Notes under the pieces: model-generated
What the model was told of the DNA's origin: nothing
Databases searched by the model: none
Seen by the model: only the letters and a program-made list of their open reading frames with translations
Origin: Bacteroidales bacterium
GTDB taxonomy: Bacteria > Bacteroidota > Bacteroidia > Bacteroidales > DTU049
Assembly (NCBI GenBank): GCA_016937255.1
Contig: JAFGWG010000050.1
Location: forward strand, 3,379 to 67,378
DNA: 64,000 nucleotides
Direction: 5' to 3'
Part shown: one piece after another, positions 48,716 through 59,600 of the stretch
Layout: every line of letters starts with the position of its first letter
How positions within the stretch are numbered: the first letter of the stretch is position 1
Position numbers and translations under genes: made by a program

Positions 48716-50638
48716 ATGAATTGTATAAAGCTGGTTTTGCTTTCTGTATTCATTATTATCGGTTCTGCGATATTTGCACAACAGGCTGATAAAGTGAACA
48801 GACAAAGTATACCGGTTATGAGTTCTCTGGCATTTGGTGGTTCACAGGAATTGAATAAATTATTCAGTGACATAGATTCAGTTGGCAGGCAGTTTGAGTA
48901 TGGAGTTAGCGATTTTGTAAAGTATTCCGAAATAGGATCTTTTTGCACTCAAAAAGCTATACAGTATTTTAATGGCAGCAATTTCCCTTCTGCAGAGGTA
49001 TATTTCTATGCAGCCCTGTACATTTATGTTAATTTGCCTGATGCCCGAAAGACTGCATTTGTTTTGAACTTTCTGGGAACTACCCATATGCATCAGGGAG
49101 ATTTTGATACTGCCCTGGAAAGATATCTGCAGTCATTGAGTATTTATGAATCATATGGTAATGTTCACGGGGCTTCGAATGTTTATATTAATATTGGGGT
49201 ATTATATAAATCACTTAAGGAATACGACCGGGCTTTGGAATATTACTTTTTTGCGCTTGAGAAGAAAAAGCAAATTAATCATTCAGAGGGTGTTGCCGCT
49301 GCCTATGCAAATATTGCAGTGATATATAACGATATGGAGGAATATGATAAATCATTGGAATATCAGTTTAAAACCCTGAATACATATAAGAAAATGGACA
49401 ATATGTGGGGTGTTGCAGTGACATATAACAATCTGGCAAGCTACTATATTGATCTTGATATGCTCGACGAGGCTTCAAAGTACTGTCAGCTTTCATATGA
49501 TTTAAACCAAGAATATGGCGGAAAAAGGGACCTGACTTTGAATATTTTGAATTTCGCCAGTATATACTTTAGACAGGGCCATTATCAAAAGGCCAGAATT
49601 TATGCGGAGAATGGGTTAGAAGAAAGCCGGCAGATGGGAACCACTGATTTGGATATTCCAATTTATGAGTTGCTTGTGAATATTTGCGACTCACTGGGTG
49701 ATTTCGAATCAGCGTATATGTATCAAAAGCTGTATTATGCTTTTAAAGATAATGTTATGGGACAGCAAATTCAGGCACAAATAGAGAAATTGGATTTGAG
49801 GTTTCAAAATCAAAAGAAAGAAGCGACAATTGAAGCGCAACGTTTTCAGATACTTGAGCGGGATTTGCGAATCAACAGGCGAAACACTGTAATATATCTA
49901 GGTATTGTTTTGTTGCTGCTATTGATTGCTTTTTTTGCTTTTTGGCTATACAGGGTGCGAACAATGCGTCAGAGAGAGTTGAATGAACTGCTTTTAAAGG
50001 ATGAAAAACAAAAAAGCAAAGAAATTATTGATGCCGTGGAGGAGGAAAGACAGAGAATAGCCCGCGATTTGCACGATGGCCTGGGACAGAATCTGGCTGC
50101 CATAAAGCTAGGGATGCTTCATGTATCGGAATCTCTCGGAAATGAGCCTGAGGTGCAGAAAAAACTCAGGGATAATATTGAGTTCATTGACCAGACCTAT
50201 CGTGAAACCCGCAACTTGTCACATCAGATGATGCCCAAGGCATTGTTTTCCCTTGGGTTGATTGACGCTATGCACGATTTGTCGGAACGTGTTTTCTCAA
50301 ATGCAGGGATTAAATTTTCTTTTGATTATAATTTCGATATCCGGTTTTCTCAAAAAATTGAAATAGGGATATATCGTATTTTTCAGGAGTTGTGCAATAA
50401 TATAATTAAACACGCAAAAGCCTCGCATGTGGATATTTCACTTTTAAGAACGAATGAGCAACTTACATTAATAGTAGAGGATAATGGTATTGGCTTTGAT
50501 CGAGAATCGTTGAAGACCAAAGGAATAGGGTTACAGAATATGCAAAACAGGGCAAATGTACTTAATGGTAGTATTGAACTGAACTCTGCTCCAGGAAAAG
50601 GTGCTACGGCTCTACTAAGAATTCCTCTTGCTAAATAA
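48716..50638 (+). CDS. TPR-containing sensor histidine kinase (HisKA_3 / NarX type)
   Basis: TPRs, TM, EEERQRIARDLHDGLGQ, QELCNNIIKHA, DNGIGF and GIGL motifs; TATATTTG -7 box at 48688..48695. Confidence 0.92.
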   Translation: MNCIKLVLLSVFIIIGSAIFAQQADKVNRQSIPVMSSLAFGGSQELNKLFSDIDSVGRQFEYGVSDFVKYSEIGSFCTQKAIQYFNGSNFPSAEVYFYAALYIYVNLPDARKTAFVLNFLGTTHMHQGDFDTALERYLQSLSIYESYGNVHGASNVYINIGVLYKSLKEYDRALEYYFFALEKKKQINHSEGVAAAYANIAVIYNDMEEYDKSLEYQFKTLNTYKKMDNMWGVAVTYNNLASYYIDLDMLDEASKYCQLSYDLNQEYGGKRDLTLNILNFASIYFRQGHYQKARIYAENGLEESRQMGTTDLDIPIYELLVNICDSLGDFESAYMYQKLYYAFKDNVMGQQIQAQIEKLDLRFQNQKKEATIEAQRFQILERDLRINRRNTVIYLGIVLLLLLIAFFAFWLYRVRTMRQRELNELLLKDEKQKSKEIIDAVEEERQRIARDLHDGLGQNLAAIKLGMLHVSESLGNEPEVQKKLRDNIEFIDQTYRETRNLSHQMMPKALFSLGLIDAMHDLSERVFSNAGIKFSFDYNFDIRFSQKIEIGIYRIFQELCNNIIKHAKASHVDISLLRTNEQLTLIVEDNGIGFDRESLKTKGIGLQNMQNRANVLNGSIELNSAPGKGATALLRIPLAK

Positions 50639-50678
50639 ATACAAATATTGTATATTTACTGATTGTTGTACTTTTATT

Positions 50679-51335
50679 ATGAATTCTGTTCAAATTCTTA
50701 TTGTTGATGATCATCAGATTATGATTGATGGTATCAGATCAATGCTTGAAGGAAATACTTCCATAACTATTGCAGGGGAAGCCAATAATGGATTGCAAGC
50801 GTTAGAATTCCTTTCCAATCATCCTGTTGATGTGGTTCTCATGGATGTTGAAATGCCGGTAATGAACGGAATCGACGCCTCTGTAAAAATTAAAGATCTT
50901 TACCCTCAAACAAAAATTCTTGCTCTTACTACATACGATGAGAAATCCATTATTAATGCTATGCTCGATGTCGGAGTGAATGGCTATATTTTAAAAAACA
51001 TCAACCGTGCAGTTCTCGTCAATGCCATTGAAACAGTTGCCACCGGTAAAACGTATCTTGGCAGTGATGTTAAAATTGCTATGGTTAGAAACAAAAGTAT
51101 TGAAGCTAAAGTCAATACAATAACCGAGGAATTGCCGAAAGAGAATCTTTCCGATAGAGAAATGGAAGTACTAAAAGCCATTGTTAATGGTTTATCCAAC
51201 AAAGAAATTGCCAACACTTTATTCATTAGTCCTAAAACGGTAGAAACCCATAGAAACAATATCATGAAAAAACTCGAAGTGCATAATACTGCCAGTTTGG
51301 TTAAGGTGGCTATTAAAAGTGGTTTGATTAGATAA
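50679..51335 (+). CDS. NarL/LuxR family response regulator
   Basis: ILIVDDH, LMDVEMP, LSDREMEVL and ISPKTVETHR motifs; start reassigned to the ATG at 50679. Confidence 0.93.
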   Translation: MNSVQILIVDDHQIMIDGIRSMLEGNTSITIAGEANNGLQALEFLSNHPVDVVLMDVEMPVMNGIDASVKIKDLYPQTKILALTTYDEKSIINAMLDVGVNGYILKNINRAVLVNAIETVATGKTYLGSDVKIAMVRNKSIEAKVNTITEELPKENLSDREMEVLKAIVNGLSNKEIANTLFISPKTVETHRNNIMKKLEVHNTASLVKVAIKSGLIR

Positions 51336-51428
51336 AAATACAGTATTTCACCCATATCTTTACATACTTTTCCTGACTTGTTTTAAGATTTGTTCATCGT
51401 AACTTTGTTATATATTAACACATATTAT

Positions 51429-54400
51429 ATGTATAATCGAAAGCCATTATTCCATGGGGGCACTTTTTTCATTCAATGTGTCATTTTTGTTGTGATGACA
51501 TGTTTTACGTGGGTTCATTCTTTGGCTCAGTTATCCGGCGTTAAAACCGTGGGAAGCGGCGGCGATTATACCTCTTTTACTAATGCAGGAGGAGCTTTTC
51601 AAGCTATCAGTTCGGGAACACTCGACGGAAATCTTGTTTTGGAAGTTATTTCTGATATTACCGGTGAAACAGGAGCTTACTCTTTGATGCAATGGGCTGA
51701 AATTGGAAGCGGAAATTATACAGTCACCATATGTCCCGATGGTAATACCGAAAGATTGATTGAAGGAAATTATCAGGGAACAGGATATAATAATGAAGGA
51801 TTATATAGGTTTGATGGGGTTTCTAGAGTTATTGTTGACGGTCGAGATCCTGCAAATCTTTCTGTCGGGGGGAGGTATTTGCGTTTTAGAAATACAAATT
51901 CTGCAGGCACATATTATCAATCTACCTTTACGTTTTTAAACGGATCGTATGAAGATACTCTTAGATATGTCATTGCTGAGGGTGCTGCTTATATGTATAG
52001 TGTGGGTATCGTTAGGTTTGGAAGATATTTGCAGGGGAATCATGATATTTTGGTTGATAACTGCCAGATTCGTGATTTAAGTACAACCGGTGCTGCAACT
52101 GGCTCCGGGATATATAGTTATGGTGTATCTGCAGCCGAACCCAACTATAACATTACCATCACCAACAATGAAATATTTAATATCTGGAGAGGCAATACCG
52201 ATAATGCAGGTGTTTATGTAACAAACTATAACGAAGATTGGAATATTTCGGGAAATCATATTTATCTGAATGGGGCAAAATCTGCAACAGGAAATTGCAT
52301 GAAATATGGCATATACCTTTCTAATACAGGTGAAGATATGGTCGTGTCCGGAAATTACATTGGTGGTAGTCAGCCTTTCTGCGGCGGTACACCGTGGGTA
52401 TATTCAATGTCGGGGGACCGAAATACAAGGTTTTGTGGAATATATATAGACCCTAATGACCCTTCATATTCGTATTTGATTGAAAATAATACCATTCAGA
52501 ATATTGAATGGAAGCAAAGTTATTATTCCACAACCTCTGATGTTGTTCCGTTTACGGGGATTCACAGTGCATATGGAAATAACACCATAAGTGGCAATTG
52601 CATCGGTGAGTCAACAGGTACTGAGTCTATTCTGGTGTATTGTGGTGCAGCTGCACAACTTTCGACCGGATATGATCCCCTCTATTCTTATGGAATTATT
52701 GTTGAATGCGGAAATGTTTTAATTGAGAATAACACCATTGGCTCTATTAAATTTGTCCCATATGATGCTGCCGATGATGCGGCTTTGGAGTTTATCGGAA
52801 TCTATATTTCTGATACAGAACCGGGCGGAGGCGATAATGTTGATAGTGCAATGGTTAAAGGGAATACTATTGGTAGTGAAACCACAGCCTTAAGTATTGA
52901 AACCACCGCACCATCTGTTTTTAATGGCGATCAGGCTGTTAGCGGTATATATCTGGGGTCATACGGTGTGAATATTGCCAGAAATAATATTATTGCAAAT
53001 ATGCATAATGGTAATAATTTTTATTACTCTCATTCTAATACTTATGGCATTTATACCAATTACAACGGTAAAAAGCTTATCGTAAACAACCGAATATTCT
53101 CTTTGTCTAATAACACTTATCATACTCAGGTGGATTACGGATCTTCAGTTGTTGGAATTAAATATTACAGCAGCACCAATACGACTGACTCCATTATTGA
53201 TAATGAAATATACGATTTAAGAAATACGACTTCAAATACGAGAAAAGTAGGTGTTTGTGGTATTGGAATTACAGCCACAACAAAGTCTTCGCCGGGATCT
53301 GTTGAAGTAGCCCGAAATATTATACACAGCTTTGATGTTAGTACTACTGAAGATTATGCTGTGCTAACCGGAATTCATTTTTATGCAGTTCGGATAAATG
53401 TGTATAATAATTTTATTCGTCTGGGTATTGACAAAGATGGAAACAGTGTTGATAAAAATCTGATCATTACAGGTATTAAGCAGTCGTCGAATAATTGTGT
53501 TGTGGATTATAATACGGTCTTCATCGGGGGTACGGTAGCGGGAGGTGATACTTCATCGTGGGCATTCAGAAGAACCACCGCAGGCTGGTCAGCACCACAG
53601 TCAACAGATTTGTACAATAATATATTTCTCAATGAAAGAAACAACTCTTCAGCAGTAAATACTCATTTTTCTGTGGGTTTTCAAATGGAAGACAGCTATA
53701 ATCCGGTAGAAGAATATATCACTGAGCTTAATTCAGACTACAACTTGTTTTACAGCACGAGCGGAACGGTTGCCGAAACCGGAGTGGGGGAGTTTATTAC
53801 TTTAGGCGACTGGCAGGCCTATTTTGGTAAAGATCTTAATTCAATCAGCGGAGATGTTAATTTTGTTGATGATACAGGTCCTGCTGCTTCTGTAGATCTG
53901 CATATTGATACATCTTTGCCAACTATTGTAGAAAGTGCAGGTACTGTAATTGCCGGAATAGGTGATGACATTGATCTTGAACTGCGCTTTGGTACACCCG
54001 GTAATACAAGTACGGGAACTGCTCCTGATGTGGGTGCCGATGAAATTAACTTTTCACCTCTGCCGGTTGCGCTATTGAGTTTTTATGCTGTTTGCGACAA
54101 CGGAAGCGTACACCTATACTGGGCTACTGCGACAGAAATAAATAACGACTATTTCATAATTGAGTATAGCTCTAATCTTGAAGATTGGCAAGAAATTGCT
54201 CTTGTTAGCGGTGCAGGCACATCATTAGTTATGCATGAGTACTCTGCTTTACATATTCCCTATAATTCAATGAATTATTATCGTTTGTCTCAGGTCGACT
54301 TTGATGGATCGGTAACACAATATGATCCGGTTTCATGTTTGTGCGATAATTCAGAAGCATCGTCCATTTTGGTATACCCGAATCCTTTAAATGATGTTTT

Positions 54401-54587
54401 ATTTATTTCAATGGATGAGGTAAATGCACAACTAATTATAGTTGATCACTTGGGCAGGGTGGTGTATTCTGATAAAATTTCAGAGCAGCAAACTTCAATA
54501 GATCTGAGTCCTCTGCCGGCAGGACAATATATTTTAAAGGTGATTTCGCAATCTAAAACAGAAACCATAAAAATTCAAAAACTCTAA
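51429..54587 (+). CDS. Large T9SS cargo with right-handed parallel beta-helix repeats
   Basis: TVGSGGDY, repeated GIY/I.NN.I strands, APDVGADE, PLPVALLSF and VYPNP CTD; TAACTTTG -7 box at 51400..51407 supports a start at 51429 or later. Confidence 0.8.
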   Translation: MYNRKPLFHGGTFFIQCVIFVVMTCFTWVHSLAQLSGVKTVGSGGDYTSFTNAGGAFQAISSGTLDGNLVLEVISDITGETGAYSLMQWAEIGSGNYTVTICPDGNTERLIEGNYQGTGYNNEGLYRFDGVSRVIVDGRDPANLSVGGRYLRFRNTNSAGTYYQSTFTFLNGSYEDTLRYVIAEGAAYMYSVGIVRFGRYLQGNHDILVDNCQIRDLSTTGAATGSGIYSYGVSAAEPNYNITITNNEIFNIWRGNTDNAGVYVTNYNEDWNISGNHIYLNGAKSATGNCMKYGIYLSNTGEDMVVSGNYIGGSQPFCGGTPWVYSMSGDRNTRFCGIYIDPNDPSYSYLIENNTIQNIEWKQSYYSTTSDVVPFTGIHSAYGNNTISGNCIGESTGTESILVYCGAAAQLSTGYDPLYSYGIIVECGNVLIENNTIGSIKFVPYDAADDAALEFIGIYISDTEPGGGDNVDSAMVKGNTIGSETTALSIETTAPSVFNGDQAVSGIYLGSYGVNIARNNIIANMHNGNNFYYSHSNTYGIYTNYNGKKLIVNNRIFSLSNNTYHTQVDYGSSVVGIKYYSSTNTTDSIIDNEIYDLRNTTSNTRKVGVCGIGITATTKSSPGSVEVARNIIHSFDVSTTEDYAVLTGIHFYAVRINVYNNFIRLGIDKDGNSVDKNLIITGIKQSSNNCVVDYNTVFIGGTVAGGDTSSWAFRRTTAGWSAPQSTDLYNNIFLNERNNSSAVNTHFSVGFQMEDSYNPVEEYITELNSDYNLFYSTSGTVAETGVGEFITLGDWQAYFGKDLNSISGDVNFVDDTGPAASVDLHIDTSLPTIVESAGTVIAGIGDDIDLELRFGTPGNTSTGTAPDVGADEINFSPLPVALLSFYAVCDNGSVHLYWATATEINNDYFIIEYSSNLEDWQEIALVSGAGTSLVMHEYSALHIPYNSMNYYRLSQVDFDGSVTQYDPVSCLCDNSEASSILVYPNPLNDVLFISMDEVNAQLIIVDHLGRVVYSDKISEQQTSIDLSPLPAGQYILKVISQSKTETIKIQKL

Positions 54588-54603
54588 ATGAAAATCTTTT
54601 TCC

Positions 54604-56391
54604 ATGAAACAATTTACACTGATGATGTTTATGGCTGCTTTGCTCGTTGCAAGTGCCGGTCAACTTAGAGCGCAATGCTGTTCATATACTTACCAGCAAC
54701 AGGTTGAACCGGACTCTTCTGCTGCAACCTTTGGTGTTGCGCTAGCTGATTTCGATGGTGATGGAGATAACGACGTTGTTTCTGTTTCTGCCTATTACGG
54801 AATTGATATTTATATGAACGATGGAGCAGGAACCTTCACGCTCGATTCTATTTATGCCACTTGTTCCAGTTGTGACTTCTATGGAGTTCATGCTGTTGAT
54901 GTGGATGGTGATGCTGATATGGATGTTGTGGCTGTGCCGTTTTATACGAGTGCAAACCTTACAATTTTAACCAATAATGGGTCGGGTGTGTTTACCGTTA
55001 CCTCTTTCACAACAAACACTGCTACATACAACGGTGAAGTGGGTGATATTGACGGAGATAATGATATTGATGTTATTTTGCCACATGCTACGGGCTCAAC
55101 AGGTCAGGTCTTTGTAAATAATGGAAATGGTGTCTTTACACTAAATCAATCCGTATCAAATCTTCGTGGACGAGATGCTGCATTGGGCGATTTGAACGGC
55201 GACGGATTTTTAGATATATTTTCAACCAGCCCTAGTATTGGGAATATGGTCTTTATTAATGATACTCTTGGGAATTTTTCTTCTTTTGGATCTGCATTTG
55301 GCGCTAATTCAGAAGTTGTAGCATTGGGTGATTTGGATAATGATGGAGACCTCGACGCAGTGGTCGGGCTTGGAATTTCTGGTTCGTCACAAACCGAGAT
55401 ATATCTCAATGACGGAACGGGTTCTTTTACTTTAAAAACAAGCTTAACTACTGGTTCGTATAGCAAAGGCGTGAAACTCTTTGATGAGGATGCTGACGGA
55501 TATCTGGATCTTTTTCTTTGCTTCTATAGCAGTAATCCTCAGGTGTGGCACAACGATAGTCTTACATTTACTTCGTGTTTTACGGGCACAGTAGCCTCAG
55601 GTTCCCATGGTATGGATATTGGCTTCATTGATCAGAACAGTAGCATTGATATGTATGTTGGACATTTTAGCAATACAGATGGTGATTATGTTTTTTTAAG
55701 TCAAAATCCAACCATTGATTATCCCAACAGCCCATTTTGTTCAACGGAGCAAAACTTGCAATCAGTAGTACAAACGGGTGCCGGTGGCGGAACTTATTCT
55801 GCATCCCCAACCGGGTTAAGTATAAATTCTGTTAGTGGTGAAGTGGATCCTTCAGCAAGTACTTCTGGAATATATACAGTAAGTTATAATGTCAGTGGTT
55901 GTATTGTGAACACGCAGGTTGAAGTAATTGGTGTGGATATCAGTGTTGTTGTTAACGGATATACCATAACTGCAAACCAGGATTCTGCAACATACCAGTG
56001 GCTGGATTGTAATCACTTATTTATTCAGGTTGGAGGAGCAACTTCACAGGCATATACACCTCTTACATCAGGTTCATTTGCAGTTGAAATTATGTATAAG
56101 GGTTGTGTGGATACATCTGCTTGTGAAATTATCAATTACACAGCTTTGGCTGATCTTGAGAGTGATAAAATCAGAGTTTATCCAAATCCTGCATCCAATA
56201 TTTTACATGCCGATGTATCACCTGAGTTAATTGGGGATAAATATACTATAAAAGACATTTTTGGGCGGGATTTAAGCAAAGGGTATTTTGGTAGCACCCA
56301 TGCCGAAATTGATGTTAGTGCTTACAGCCCTAATTTATACATCATTACAGTAGATAACACTGATATATTTATACTGTTTTTTGTAGAGTGA
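54604..56391 (+). CDS. FG-GAP/VCBS repeat T9SS cargo (adhesin-like)
   Basis: Repeated DxDGDGDxD motifs, PTGLSINSVSG Ig-like repeat, YQW and VYPNP CTD. Confidence 0.88.
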   Translation: MKQFTLMMFMAALLVASAGQLRAQCCSYTYQQQVEPDSSAATFGVALADFDGDGDNDVVSVSAYYGIDIYMNDGAGTFTLDSIYATCSSCDFYGVHAVDVDGDADMDVVAVPFYTSANLTILTNNGSGVFTVTSFTTNTATYNGEVGDIDGDNDIDVILPHATGSTGQVFVNNGNGVFTLNQSVSNLRGRDAALGDLNGDGFLDIFSTSPSIGNMVFINDTLGNFSSFGSAFGANSEVVALGDLDNDGDLDAVVGLGISGSSQTEIYLNDGTGSFTLKTSLTTGSYSKGVKLFDEDADGYLDLFLCFYSSNPQVWHNDSLTFTSCFTGTVASGSHGMDIGFIDQNSSIDMYVGHFSNTDGDYVFLSQNPTIDYPNSPFCSTEQNLQSVVQTGAGGGTYSASPTGLSINSVSGEVDPSASTSGIYTVSYNVSGCIVNTQVEVIGVDISVVVNGYTITANQDSATYQWLDCNHLFIQVGGATSQAYTPLTSGSFAVEIMYKGCVDTSACEIINYTALADLESDKIRVYPNPASNILHADVSPELIGDKYTIKDIFGRDLSKGYFGSTHAEIDVSAYSPNLYIITVDNTDIFILFFVE

Positions 56392-56464
56392 TTTTTTCGC
56401 ATAATCTTAAGTCCTACCTCGTCATTATCCCTCAATGGCGGGGTTTTTTGTGGTTTTGTTGTAA

Positions 56465-56546
56465 TACCCTCGGTGTAGACGGCCTCTAAGCCGAGGGTAG
56501 GAAAGTCTTATACACTCGGTGGAGAATCTGTCTCCGACGAGTGTAT
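56465..56546. repeat. Two adjacent REP-like hairpins of shared architecture
   Basis: TACCCTCGG-TG-TAGA-CGGCC-TCTA-AG-CCGAGGGTA (56465..56499) and ATACACTCG-GT-GGAGA-ATCTG-TCTCC-GA-CGAGTGTAT (56510..56546). Confidence 0.7.
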
Positions 56547-56623
56547 GAATAACTATGCTATTTACAAAACAATCCGTGTAAATCAGTAAATTAATTTTTT
56601 CAGCGTAAATCAGCGTCCTGAAT

Positions 56624-59600
56624 TCAAACCAACGGCAGTTCAATAAAAAACGTAGTTCCTTCACCGGCTTTAGATTCAAAGCTGATACTTCCGCCCATTT
56701 CGGTAAGAATGTTTTTAACCATGGCCAGACCGAGGCCGGTTCCGCTTGATTTAGTTGTGAAATTGGGCTGAAAAATGCGTCGTTTTACGTCTTCTGGTAC
56801 TCCTGAACCGTTGTCGCTGACTGATATCTGAATTCTATTGTCTATACGACTCAGTTGCACAGAAATTTTGCCTCTGCGATCGGCAACGAAGGCTTGCTGC
56901 GCATTTTTGAACAGGTTGTTAAAGACCCTGAGTATGCGGCTTTCATCGCCCATAATATAAAGTGCCTCGTCGGGTTGTTCAAAAACTATGTCATTATCTT
57001 CACTGCGGAAAAGTGTAATCACACCGCTGATGATATCGTTTATGCAGATTTTCTCTACCTTCGATTCCGGCATTTTGCCAAAGTTCGAGAATTCTGAGGC
57101 AATTTCCGAAAGGTTGTTTATTTGCTCAATCATGGTGCTGGTAAACCGTTTCAGCCGTTCGTCGAAATCCTCCGATCCATCCTGCCATGCACGTTCCAAA
57201 TACTGTGTACTGAGTTTCATTGGCGTTAGTGGGTTTTTGATTTCATGAGCCACTTGTTTAGCCATTTCGCGCCAGGCCATTTCGCGCTCGTTTCTGGCCA
57301 GTAACTCGGCTTTTTCTGCCAGCTCATCAATCATGCGGTTGTATTCAAAAACCAGTTCTCCAATCTCATCTTTTTTCTTCCAAGCAATCTTCTCATTCAC
57401 GGATCCCAGCTTAATGGTGCGTAGTTTTTCCTTAATCATGCGTAAAGGATGAGTGACATAGTTTGATATAATCACCGTGATCATAATTGTAAGCAGAATC
57501 ATGATGAGGTAAATATTAATGAAAGTGGTCATGAAAAGTGAAATCTCACGACTCAATTCCTCTTCGCGGGCAAAATAGGGTAGGTTAAGGTAGGCAATTA
57601 CTTTATTGTTGATGTTTCGAACTGGTACATAAGCAGAAGTGTAGGCCATTTTGCCAATGAATTCCGTTTGGGAGAAAAACGAATTGTGCTCATGTGCTAG
57701 AGAAGTATACGCAATTGGGTTCATATAGCTCGATATCAGGTTCTTATAGAAGATCTGAGCCCTAGATGTTGCAATTAAATCACCATCAAGACCATAAACA
57801 TTGATGTCGGTAAAGAATACACCCGAAAATTTGAGCATAAGCGATGACAGGTATTCTTGGTCATCCTTGCGCAAAGAATCATATTTTTTGAGTTTGTTCT
57901 CCAATTCTATGAGTAGCGAGTGTGCTTTTTCTGAAATGTTCTCACTGTTTTTATTACTGTTGAGACTATTCATATTAAACATAGCAATGATTCCTGCCAC
58001 AAAAAAGCTAAGAACCATAACAAAAAGAACCATCCAACGAAGGCGGGAAGAAAATGTGTTTTTCCATCGGAGTTTGATATTCCATAAACGCCCACTGAGT
58101 AAGAGAAAAATAGCTGTAAAAAGTGTGAAAATGATAAATAGGTAAGTAAAAGGGGCTATTTTATCCATGAAATTACGGTCTCTCACGGTTAGTACAAGGA
58201 AGAGATTATCACTGAGCTTGGTTTTTAGATGAATATATCCATTGGATTGAATAAACTCACCGTCGTTTATTACCGCCATTTCATTTGTAATAACGGTAGA
58301 ATAGCGATATTTTCCGTAATGATTAATGAGCTCTCCGTTTAGATATCGCGCATACGACATATTGCTAGGAATGGTACGCGTGCGGCTGTCTTTATCAACT
58401 AGCAAATCTGGGTATCCCAGCCCGGTCTCATACGAAGGAGGAATTAGTTCTATAAAGAGATATCGTGTGTTGATGGAGTCGCCAAGCGTAAGTATGGCTA
58501 AGTAATTTCCCCGTCCTGTTCCATCGTCGATGAAGTACAAATCACTGGCCAGAGTTGGAATTCCACGAATAAGTGCCAACTCTTCAAAGAAACTTAAACA
58601 ACTTACCACTTCATTGGCTGGTTGAACAATAAGATCTTCATCTTCTCTACATAGCGTAGTTTGAATAAGGTACTGGCTCAGGTATCCGCTAAAATGAGTG
58701 CTTTTTAGGTATTCACTGATGCTGAATTCAGGGTCATCTTCCAGAATTTTATTCAGTAAAACGGTATCACTTTCAATTTCAGGTTTTACATCATCGTATA
58801 TATCTTCCGCCAGTGGATCCTGTTCTGTAGCTAGTTTAAGTGTTAGCAAATTCAGATTTTCAGTTTGTTTTCTGAAATTTATATCATTGATAATTATGGT
58901 GCTGAAGGCAGAAATGAAAAAGATGTGTATAAATATATAGAGTGCTTTGCTTTTTTTAAGCTTTCGGGTGAAGACAAATTGCATCAACACGATATATGCA
59001 AATATGCCAAAGACAATGCTGGCTTTATATTGAATGATAAAAGTGAGAATCAGCAAAATAAGGACACTGATTAAAACATAAATTCCCCAGGCACGAAACG
59101 ATATTTTCATGCGTAGCAATAATACAATGGTAACATAATGCAGTAAAATAATGCTTGCGAAAATGAGGAAGAGTATCAGAAATACATAGAGAAAACTCTC
59201 GTTTACAGTAAATATATCGTTGAATACCAGGCTAATACTAGAATTAAAAAGAATGTCGTCGAGAAATTGAAGTGAAAGGCATGAGAGTAAAACCGTTGCG
59301 ATATTCGAAAATATCAGTAAAATTTGTCGCAACAGTATGCTTTTTCTTTTTAATCCTGAAATGAGTAAAAATTCTCTGACCATAAAAATCAGAAGTATCA
59401 ATGCCCAAAAAAGAAAAATAAGTAATGAAAAGAGATTATTAAATCGTTCGGATAAGGCAAAAAGCTCAGGATTATTAATACTTAAATGGCTAAATACGTT
59501 CAAGTTGATGAGATAATCACTCAAATAGAAAAAAAGTATTGGAATGGTAGTAAGAACAAGCCAGCGCCATATTTTTAGTGTGCGGAACCAACGATAAAAA

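Noticed and set aside
56425-56679. 84-aa minus-strand ORF in the convergent spacer
   Set aside because: Runs through the hairpins, overlaps the kinase end and has no protein-like features.
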